This document shows, one piece after another, positions 20,499 to 27,596 of a stretch of DNA of 62,678 nucleotides. The stretch is from Burkholderiales bacterium (GTDB lineage Bacteria; Pseudomonadota; Gammaproteobacteria; Burkholderiales; SG8-39), in the NCBI GenBank assembly GCA_036274335.1, contig DASUFW010000307.1:1-62678 (forward strand). Reading direction: 5' to 3'. The notes under the pieces were generated by a model. That model ran no database searches. It was not told the DNA's origin and saw only the letters and a program-made list of their open reading frames with translations. The position numbers were made by a program, and so were the translations under genes. How positions within the stretch are numbered: position 1 is the first letter of the stretch; every line of letters starts with the position of its first letter.

Positions 20499-20528
20499 AA
20501 AAAAAAGGGCTGGTCCGAGACCAGCCCT
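20499..20528 (-). terminator. Rho-independent terminator between the two pilin genes
   Basis: On the minus strand: AGGGCTGGTC-tcg-GACCAGCCCT (perfect 10-bp stem, 20506..20528) followed by T8 (20499..20506). Confidence 0.7.
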
Positions 20529-20547
20529 GGGATTGCGTCCGTCGCGA

Positions 20548-21189
20548 CTACATCGCGCGGCAGGCGACGTAGGTGTTGGTGCCCGTTTCCGCATAGCTCG
20601 CGGGCGGCGTGCTGCTGGCGTCGACCGTCTGATTGGGCGAAGTCTGCAGCAGCGCGCGCACCGAGCCCGCGTTGGAGGAGCCGTCGTCCACCTGCACGTC
20701 GACCGCGATGGCGATCTTGTCCGGCAGGTTCGCCGAGCAGATGATCAGGCCCGAGAATCCGCCGAGCGTGGTGCCGATGGTGGCTTGGGCGTCGCCGGTC
20801 TGCACGCCGATCATCCCTGCGACCGCGTTGAAGGGCTGCTGCGTGCCGTTTCCGGCCACGAAGCCCGCGCGCCGCAGGTGGTCCCACCACAGCCGGGACT
20901 CGTCGGTGACGGTCGTGCTGTTGTAGGCGCCGGTGACCACGCCATTGCCGTTTCCGGCCGTGGCGCCCGTCCAGCGCGTGGCGCCCGGGTCGTCGCCCGG
21001 GATGGTGCGATAGCGGTCCTGATAACCGTGGTAGGCCGCCGAAATCCCGGAGAAGTCCGCGATGACGTTCTTGATCTTCGCCTGCGTAATCATCTCCTGG
21101 CCCTTCAGGATGCCGCCGAGCAGCAGCCCGATGATGACCAGCACGATGGCGATCTCGACCAGTGTGAAGCCTTTTTGTCGCGCTTTCAT
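20548..21189 (-). CDS. Type IV pilin, paralog 1 (probable major pilin)
   Basis: 213 aa. Leader MKARQKG followed by FTLVEIAIVLVIIGLL with Glu5. AAGGAG lies 8 nt upstream of the ATG. C-terminal Cys...Cys region. A terminator follows directly. Confidence 0.9.
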   Translation of the reverse strand: MKARQKGFTLVEIAIVLVIIGLLLGGILKGQEMITQAKIKNVIADFSGISAAYHGYQDRYRTIPGDDPGATRWTGATAGNGNGVVTGAYNSTTVTDESRLWWDHLRRAGFVAGNGTQQPFNAVAGMIGVQTGDAQATIGTTLGGFSGLIICSANLPDKIAIAVDVQVDDGSSNAGSVRALLQTSPNQTVDASSTPPASYAETGTNTYVACRAM

Positions 21190-21232
21190 TCAATTACTCC
21201 TTAAGGAGCAGACTGGGTGATAAACCGGAGAC

Positions 21233-21247
21233 GCAACATTCATGCCC
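21233..21247 (-). promoter_or_regulatory. Candidate sigma-54 (-24/-12) promoter for the pilin genes
   Basis: The minus strand reads GGGCATGaatgTTGCg, with GG and GC spaced 12 nt apart as in TGGCAC-N5-TTGC. It lies about 45 nt upstream of the pilin ATG. rpoN and a sigma-54 activator are both in the window. Confidence 0.55.
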
Positions 21248-21290
21248 GGCTAAAACTGGCATTTTCAAGCGAAAGCGGCAAAAAGTCACG

Positions 21291-21314
21291 AAAAAACCGT
21301 CGAAGATCCGACAG
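21291..21314 (-). terminator. Weak hairpin plus T6 after the 239-aa gene
   Basis: Minus strand CTGTCG-gatctt-CGACGG (6-bp stem with one G-U pair) followed by TTTTTT, just after the stop at 21320. Confidence 0.3.
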
Positions 21315-21319
21315 GAGCG

Positions 21320-22039
21320 TCAATGTTTCGACGCCGACCGGTGCTCCAGTTCCTCCAGCCGCTGCTTGAGGAACTGGCGCTCGCCCGGATCCTGCAGCTT
21401 GCCGCTTTCGAGCAATCCACCAATCATGATTTTCGCAGCCTCCAGCTCGTTCATATCCTCGGCGATGAAAATTTGCATTTGCCTGGCCCACAGGGGAATG
21501 CTCGGGTCAGTGGTCAGGCGCTCCAGGTCGGCGGCGTAGCGGCGGGCCAGCGGCAGGTCCCTCAGCCGGTGCTTCGCCACGTAGGCCGCCTGGGCGAGCC
21601 ACTGCCAGCGGCGGTTCGGGTCTTTCAGGAAGGCCTGGTGGACGAAGTCCAGCATGAGCCGGATCCGGCCGGGGTCGCCCGCCTCCGCGTAAACCCGGAC
21701 CGCCGAGAACAAGGCATAGCTGCTCCTGGGGTCCGCGTCCAGGATCGCCTGGAGCCAGTCACGAAGCCGGTGGTAATCGAGGCGCTGATAGGGGAGGGAG
21801 TTCCCGGCCCCGAGGTCGAAGGCCTGTACGTACAGCATGGCGAGGCGCGCACCCGCGGCCGGCTCGCCGAGGCTGGCTGCCCGCAGCGCCAGCCCACGCG
21901 GCGCCGGCGGAAGATCGCCGGCGGCCGTCGCAAGCGGCGGACGATGCGCCTGCAGGGCGACCTGCGCGGCGAGCGCACCTCCCAGGAACGTCCAGATCCA
22001 GCCCGGGACCTGCGAAAGCGGTCGCTCGCGGTCGCTCAC
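21320..22039 (-). CDS. Membrane-anchored protein of unknown function (helical, repeat-like periplasmic part)
   Basis: GTG at 22039 overlaps the permease stop (GTGA). 239 aa with one N-terminal hydrophobic helix (PGWIWTFLGGALAAQVAL). I recognise no family. The upstream part of the long ORF is Arg-rich noise. Confidence 0.6.
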   Translation of the reverse strand: MSDRERPLSQVPGWIWTFLGGALAAQVALQAHRPPLATAAGDLPPAPRGLALRAASLGEPAAGARLAMLYVQAFDLGAGNSLPYQRLDYHRLRDWLQAILDADPRSSYALFSAVRVYAEAGDPGRIRLMLDFVHQAFLKDPNRRWQWLAQAAYVAKHRLRDLPLARRYAADLERLTTDPSIPLWARQMQIFIAEDMNELEAAKIMIGGLLESGKLQDPGERQFLKQRLEELEHRSASKH

Positions 22040-22800
22040 AGGTTGCGGCGCTGGAAGTCGAACAGTCCGGCGGCGAGCAGCAGGGCGCCATAGGCGGCGA
22101 GGGAAAGCAGGACCAGACCGTATTCGCCCGCCGGCGGCGCACCGTAGAGCAGCCATTCGCTGCGGGTCGCCGCGCCCAGTCTCGGCAGGAGATAGGCGAC
22201 GCCGTCGACCGCCCACCGCGACAGCGTCTGCGTCCAGCCCTCTTCGGACAGCGGACCGTGCGCCAGCAACTGGATGGAAGCGATGGTGCGCCCGAGCAGG
22301 TAAAGGCCGACGCTCGCCGCCATCGCCGGCAGCACGCTCGCCAGCGTCATCGCGAAAAACAGCGTGGCCGCCGCGACCAGCAGCAGCTCCAGCGCGAACG
22401 AGATGCCCCAGAGCGCGACCGCCGGCGCAGGGCACCACAGCAGAAGCGGCAGCGCGTAGAACGCCGCGAGCGCGAGCCCCACCGCCCCATAGCCGCCGAG
22501 CTTCCCGAGGTAGTAGGCGCGCCGCGACAGCGGCAGCGCGAGCGCGAGTTCCAGGACCTTGTCGCTGGATTCACGTGCGACGCTGGACGCGATATGGGTG
22601 GCGAGCAGGAAGACGCCGCCCGCGCGCAGCAGCGCCGCCGTCGCCGCGGCCTCCAGCTCGCGGCCCTCGATGAGCGCGACCTGGGACAGGAAAGCGGCGA
22701 GCCCGAGCGTCGCCGCGAGCAGCCCGCAAGCGAGCCACGGCAGGCCGGAGCGGCGAGCTTCGAGCGTCGCAGCGCGGGCAAGGAGGAGGGCGGGGGGCAT
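22036..22800 (-). CDS. ABC-2 type permease-like membrane protein
   Basis: 254 aa with about six hydrophobic helices and a NosY/ABC-2-like architecture. Coupled to the downstream gene by a GTGA overlap. Confidence 0.6.
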   Translation of the reverse strand: MPPALLLARAATLEARRSGLPWLACGLLAATLGLAAFLSQVALIEGRELEAAATAALLRAGGVFLLATHIASSVARESSDKVLELALALPLSRRAYYLGKLGGYGAVGLALAAFYALPLLLWCPAPAVALWGISFALELLLVAAATLFFAMTLASVLPAMAASVGLYLLGRTIASIQLLAHGPLSEEGWTQTLSRWAVDGVAYLLPRLGAATRSEWLLYGAPPAGEYGLVLLSLAAYGALLLAAGLFDFQRRNL

Positions 22801-22848
22801 CTATCGCGCGCCGGGGAATCTGCGTATCTTTGCCTGCGCCACTCCATC

Positions 22849-24573
22849 ATGCAAGCCGATCTCCCGGAGACCGCGCCCCCGGCGCGCCTGCCGCAGGCCG
22901 TCTGGGCCTTCAGCCAGCGCTACTGGCGGTTCGTGGTCGTCGCCATGCTCGTGCTGCTGCACGTGGTGTCGCTGCGCGGCGAGGCCGACGATGGCGCGCG
23001 CGTGCTGATGATCGCGCACCTCGGCCTGGTGCTGCTGTGGCAGCCGCTGCTGAAGGCCGAGCGCCGCATGTCGCTCGCGCAGACCGCGCTGATCGCGGCC
23101 TTCGCGGCGTCCCTCGTCCTCTGGCTGAACGGCTGGTTGCTCGCCCTGTGGACCGTGATCCTGGCCGGCCTGGTCGGCGGCAAGGTGTTCCTGCATCAGG
23201 CGCGGTGGCAGCGCCGCTTCTACCTGCTGATGCTCGTGTACCTGCTGGCGCTGCTGGTGGTGATCGTGCTTCCGCAGATCGCGCCCCGCAACGAGATCGA
23301 TCCGGCCATCCACGGCTATGCCGCCTGGGGGCTGCCGGTGATCTTCGTCGTCATGGCGCTGATCCCGACCGAGGCCGATCCGGCCGAATCCGCGCAGGTC
23401 ATCGATTATTTCTACAGCGTGTTCCTGATGCTCATGCTGGGCGTGGTCATCCTGGGCTGCTTCGCGTTCATGATGCTCGGCCGTACGGGCTACCTGGAGG
23501 CGCTCACCTACATCGTCTTCATCATCGCCGGCCTGCTGCTGGTCGTCGGCCTGGCGTGGAATCCGCGCACGGGCTACGCGGGGCTGAACGTCTTCGTGTC
23601 CCGGTACCTCTTCTCCATCGGCCTGCCGATCGAGCAATGGCTGCAGTACCTGGCGCGGCAGTCGCACGCGGAGCCCTCGCCCGACCGCTTCATCGCCGAG
23701 GGCGTCGCGGCGCTCGCGCGGCTGCCGTCGGTACAGGGCGCGGCCTGGCGATCCGGCGGCCGGCACGGCGAGGCCGGGCAGCGCACGCCCTATGCGGTGG
23801 AGTTCGAGAGCGCCGATCTCGCGCTCACCATCTATTCGCGCTATCGCACCAGTCCTGCGCTGCACGGCCACCTGCGCCTCCTCGGCCAGCTGCTGAGCGA
23901 GTTCTATCTCGCCAAGCTCCGCGAGCGGGCGCTGCGCCAGGCGAGCTACCTGGAGGCGGTGCATGAGACCGGCGCTCGCGTGACGCACGACGTCAAGAAC
24001 CTCCTGCAGTCGCTCAATGCCCTGTGCTCGGTCGCGCTGGCCGAGCGCGGGGACTCCCCGGAAGCCATTGCGCTGGTGCGCCGGCAGCTCCCCGCCATCT
24101 CGCAGCGGCTGGCCGCCACGCTGGACAAGCTGCAGCGGCCCGGCGAGGTGGCCGACGCCCGCGCGGCGGCGGCCGCGTGGTGGGACGCCCTGCGCCGCCA
24201 GTACGAGGATCGCGGCGTGCAGTTCGAGGCGCACGGGCTCGAGGACCTGTACCTGCCGCGCGGGCTGTTCGACAGCGTCGCCGACAACCTGCTGCAGAAC
24301 GCGCTCGCCAAGCGCGTCGAGCAGCCCGACCTGCACGTCACGGCGAGATTGGAGGGCGGGCGCAATGCCGAATTGCGGGTGCGCGACACAGGACGCGCGG
24401 TGCCCGCGGAGGTCGCGTCGTCCTTGTTCCGCGGACCGGTCCAGTCGGCGAACGGGCTGGGCATCGGGCTCTATCAAGCCGCCCGGCAGGCACAGGCCGG
24501 CGGTTATCGATTGCGACTCGCTTCCAACCGGGACGGCGACGTGTGCTTTGCGCTTGCGGTGGAGGCGGGTTAG
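22849..24573 (+). CDS. Sensor histidine kinase with a large polytopic N-terminal domain (PilS/PrsK-like architecture)
   Basis: ATG at 22849. About 8-9 hydrophobic helices in the first 330 aa. H-box VTHDVKNLLQSL, N-box DNLLQNA, G-boxes VRDTGR and GLGIGL. Confidence 0.85.
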   Translation: MQADLPETAPPARLPQAVWAFSQRYWRFVVVAMLVLLHVVSLRGEADDGARVLMIAHLGLVLLWQPLLKAERRMSLAQTALIAAFAASLVLWLNGWLLALWTVILAGLVGGKVFLHQARWQRRFYLLMLVYLLALLVVIVLPQIAPRNEIDPAIHGYAAWGLPVIFVVMALIPTEADPAESAQVIDYFYSVFLMLMLGVVILGCFAFMMLGRTGYLEALTYIVFIIAGLLLVVGLAWNPRTGYAGLNVFVSRYLFSIGLPIEQWLQYLARQSHAEPSPDRFIAEGVAALARLPSVQGAAWRSGGRHGEAGQRTPYAVEFESADLALTIYSRYRTSPALHGHLRLLGQLLSEFYLAKLRERALRQASYLEAVHETGARVTHDVKNLLQSLNALCSVALAERGDSPEAIALVRRQLPAISQRLAATLDKLQRPGEVADARAAAAAWWDALRRQYEDRGVQFEAHGLEDLYLPRGLFDSVADNLLQNALAKRVEQPDLHVTARLEGGRNAELRVRDTGRAVPAEVASSLFRGPVQSANGLGIGLYQAARQAQAGGYRLRLASNRDGDVCFALAVEAG

Positions 24574-25352
24574 GGCAAGAGGCCGGCGGCGACCAACCTG
24601 CCGTAGAGCTCGCCCGCGGTGATCCACGTCATCTGGTGGTCGAACTCGCCGTTGGTCGGTCCGGCGGGGTTTGGCGTGTGCCAAACGAATACCCCATCCC
24701 CATTCAGGTTCGCGGCTTCGTCGGCTCCGCCGGTACCCTGGTTGCCTGTCTTCCCGGTGGCGAAGATGACCGCGACTACAGTCGTCTGATTGGTAAGAGG
24801 GGGCTGCGGCGGCGAAGCGCCACAGGTCGTGCTGGTAATGCCGGTCGCCGTCCGGCAAACGACGAGATCGTTCGGCTGGCAGGTCAGGCCGTTGAGCCGC
24901 AAGTTGGTGGCCGAGGTGAAATGCGGCAACGAAGAGGTGCCGGCGCATCCGGTGAGGGCACCGGCAGACACGGCATAGCGTATGCGATTGCCCCAGGCGT
25001 CGACAGCGTAGCCCCCCGCGTCCGTGATCTGAAAGCCGATCGCGCGCGCGGGGAGGAACCCCCCCGTGCCGCTGGGATAGGCTCCCGTGCACGTACCGCC
25101 GCCGGCGGGTGCTTCATCGCCCGCGCTCGTGCTAGTCGCCGGACAGGGCAGGCGGCCATTCGCGACCGCGAAGGCGAGCAGGAGGCTGCGCGCCGCCTCG
25201 ATCCGCTGCCGGGTCTCCTCGAAGTTTCGCTGGTCCGTCTGCGCCGAGAGCGTGTACAGCCCGGCCGCCAGCAGCAGGCTGACGATCGCGAACACGACCG
25301 CGAGTTCCGTGAGCGTGAATCCGCGTTCGTGCCGCTGATCGCGCATGTGCAT
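24570..25352 (-). CDS. Minor pilin-like protein (prepilin-type N-terminal methylation domain)
   Basis: Leader ...RHERG followed by FTLTELAVVFAIVSLLL with Glu5. Six Cys and a GRLPCP motif. Start at 25352 (TGATG junction with the upstream stop) or at 25346. Confidence 0.8.
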   Translation of the reverse strand: MHMRDQRHERGFTLTELAVVFAIVSLLLAAGLYTLSAQTDQRNFEETRQRIEAARSLLLAFAVANGRLPCPATSTSAGDEAPAGGGTCTGAYPSGTGGFLPARAIGFQITDAGGYAVDAWGNRIRYAVSAGALTGCAGTSSLPHFTSATNLRLNGLTCQPNDLVVCRTATGITSTTCGASPPQPPLTNQTTVVAVIFATGKTGNQGTGGADEAANLNGDGVFVWHTPNPAGPTNGEFDHQMTWITAGELYGRLVAAGLLP

Positions 25353-27178
25353 CAGGGCAGATAGTAGGTGCGCACCGGCGAGGTCGACGTGTCGGCGACG
25401 ACCTGCGGGTGGTTGTTCACCGTAGTCAGCAGCAGCGACGTCCCGGTCCAGTCCACCAGGATCACGCGATCGTTCCACGGTCCCTTGGGGTGGGTAACGT
25501 TCGTGAGGCGCCGCATTCGCTGCTGCTCATAGAAGGTTCCGCCGTTCTCGTTGTCGCCTTCGAGGTAGTCCGACAGATTGCCGTTCGGCCTGCTCGCATT
25601 GCTGAGGCTCGCGCCGCCCAGCACCATCAGCGCGCGGATGTTGCAGTAGTTCGCACCGCTGCCGCAGCCGAGGCCTTCATTGAATCGCAGGCAGTTGGTG
25701 CTGCCGCAGCCAAAGGAGGAAAGGCTGTAGGCAGTGTTCTTCTGGGCCGCCGCGTAGTACAGCACGCGCTGCCACTGGTTGCGCGTGAACCACCCGTAGG
25801 TCGGGTCGGTCGACTTCACCAGGGGGTGGTCGGTGATGATCGCGCGCTCGAGGCGCAGCCTGAACTCGCCCTGCGTGTCCCAGCTCATCGCGTCGATGTT
25901 CGGCATCGTCGCCGAGACGCGCACGGTGACCGAGCCGTCGGAATTCATGGTCGCGCTGGGCGCATTGGTCGCGATCGGCGACCAGGGCGGGGTGCCCGAG
26001 TCATCGCGCGCGTAGGCCTGGAAGCGCGCGCCGTCGAGCGCGCGCAGGCCCATGGCCATGTTCGTGAACGTGGCGGTCATTCGCAAGACGATCGGCCGCC
26101 AGGGCTCGGCCGTGTACTCGTGGTAGACGCCCTCGCAAATGCGCACGTCATTCGTCGACTCCCAGGAGCAAGTCTGCGAAACGATGTAGCCGTAGCCCTG
26201 AGTCTCCACGGCGTTCCCAGGCGTCGACTGGTAAGCCACCATCGAAGAAGCCTGGTTCACGGGCAGCAAGCCCTGGCACGGATAGCTGGGGTCCGGAGGG
26301 GACTGGCACAGGGCCGCACTGCCCTGGTAGCTGGACGTGCCTGGATTCGAGAACGGCGCCGGATAGGGGTAGAGCGGGCTGCTCGAGGGAATGCCGGAGT
26401 AGTTCGAGTTGGTATAGACCGTGCGCAATGCCGGCGCGATCTCACGCTGGATTCGATCGGCGACGGCCGCTTCGATCGACGGCATGAGGTCGGCGGCCCT
26501 GACCCGCACCGCCTGGTCGTTGAACGTCTGACCCGGGCGACTGGTGACGAAGCTCGCCGACACGGCGTTCTCGCATTCGAGGTAGTTGCGCACGTCGAGC
26601 GGCCCCGCAACCGGCCGAACCTGCGCCCACGCCGCGGCGCCGCCGCAGGCCGCGGTCGTCATGCGCTCCCCTGGCGCAATGATGAGCGCCACCGAATCGT
26701 TGGCGGCTCCGTCGATCGTCAGCTGCCCTTGGGAGTCGGAGTTGATGACGGTGGGCGTCGTCGAGTTCGGCAGCGCCCAGCCCGGCGATACCACGTACCA
26801 GAGCGGCTCGCCCGCCGTGTCGGTCAGCTTGTCCAGCCCCAGCGTGCGCCAAGGCAGCCGGCCGACCGCAGGCAGGGTGCAGTTGGCGGCGGCGATGCCT
26901 TCGTTCGCGGTGTTGTAGTAGCCGAATGGTTCGGGGCAGGGCAGGCGGCCGGGGTTCGCCTCGCCGGCCTGCGCGGCCAGCTGTGCCACATAGCCGACGA
27001 GCGCCAGCTTCGCGCGCGCCAACATCACTGCATTCTGATTCCGGTCCACCGCGACGAACCGGCTCGCCGCGTTCAGCCGGCTGGTGACCACGTAGGCGAA
27101 CACCAGCACGATCACCGCGACCAGCGCGAGCAGCCCAAACCCGCGCTGCGAGCGAACGCTACCGCTTCGCCGGATCAC
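25352..27178 (-). CDS. Large Cys-rich pseudopilin-like protein lacking Glu5 (candidate tip/adhesin subunit)
   Basis: 608 aa with a GTG start. N-terminus ...SQRG followed by FGLLALVAVIVLVF has Ala at +5. GRLPCP motif, 12 Cys, and a repeated YLE..N...ND(Q/R)-V module. Confidence 0.75.
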   Translation of the reverse strand: MIRRSGSVRSQRGFGLLALVAVIVLVFAYVVTSRLNAASRFVAVDRNQNAVMLARAKLALVGYVAQLAAQAGEANPGRLPCPEPFGYYNTANEGIAAANCTLPAVGRLPWRTLGLDKLTDTAGEPLWYVVSPGWALPNSTTPTVINSDSQGQLTIDGAANDSVALIIAPGERMTTAACGGAAAWAQVRPVAGPLDVRNYLECENAVSASFVTSRPGQTFNDQAVRVRAADLMPSIEAAVADRIQREIAPALRTVYTNSNYSGIPSSSPLYPYPAPFSNPGTSSYQGSAALCQSPPDPSYPCQGLLPVNQASSMVAYQSTPGNAVETQGYGYIVSQTCSWESTNDVRICEGVYHEYTAEPWRPIVLRMTATFTNMAMGLRALDGARFQAYARDDSGTPPWSPIATNAPSATMNSDGSVTVRVSATMPNIDAMSWDTQGEFRLRLERAIITDHPLVKSTDPTYGWFTRNQWQRVLYYAAAQKNTAYSLSSFGCGSTNCLRFNEGLGCGSGANYCNIRALMVLGGASLSNASRPNGNLSDYLEGDNENGGTFYEQQRMRRLTNVTHPKGPWNDRVILVDWTGTSLLLTTVNNHPQVVADTSTSPVRTYYLP

Positions 27179-27596
27179 CGCGCTCGACCTTCAGCTCCCC
27201 CGGGCCGATCGGGTCCTTGATCTCACCGGTCGCGCGGTCGACTTGCTGCCCCACGCGCACGTTGGCAAAGCTTCCCTGCTCCCCGATGCCGATGCGCACC
27301 CGGCTGGGATCGCCGCTCCGGCGCACGCGAACGCCCTCCGGGCGCACGCCGTCCGGGATCGGATTGCCGTCCAGCCAGACCGTCGACTTGCCCTGCGAGC
27401 GCGTCACCACGCCGTCGAGTCGCGTAGTCGGCGAGATTGCCAGCGGTGCGGTGCGATCCTGGATGCCCGCCTTGCGCCGCGCGTCCAGCGCCTCGCGCTG
27501 CTCTGGGGTGAAGAACAGACGGCCGAACTGCTGAGCCCCGGCGAGCGTCGGGCTGAAGAGCCCCAGGGCGAGCAGCGCAAGCGCAAGCCGCCTCAC
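27159..27596 (-). CDS. Small secreted protein (positional analog of MshK/PilP)
   Basis: GTG at 27596 overlaps the upstream stop (GTGA). 145 aa with signal peptide RRLALALLALGLFSPTLAGA. No family recognised. Confidence 0.6.
   Translation of the reverse strand: MRRLALALLALGLFSPTLAGAQQFGRLFFTPEQREALDARRKAGIQDRTAPLAISPTTRLDGVVTRSQGKSTVWLDGNPIPDGVRPEGVRVRRSGDPSRVRIGIGEQGSFANVRVGQQVDRATGEIKDPIGPGELKVERGDPAKR

Noticed and set aside
19838-21193. A 451-aa ORF that appears to be one giant pilin spanning both pilin genes
   Set aside because: Only its C-terminal 213 aa (from the ATG at 20479) carry a pilin leader. The N-terminal part is an out-of-frame reading of the upstream pilin gene, whose true frame is ORF 20548..21189 with its own leader, RBS and terminator.
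22801-25092. Long antisense or alternative-frame ORFs (this 763-aa one; also 17785..19911, 39558..41387, 45061..46809, 49048..51462, 60549..62549, 975..2126 and 5576..7351)
   Set aside because: Their translations are Arg/Ala/Gly/Pro/His-rich with no recognisable motifs. They lie opposite genes with strong homology-type evidence. This is the typical shadow-ORF artefact of very GC-rich DNA.
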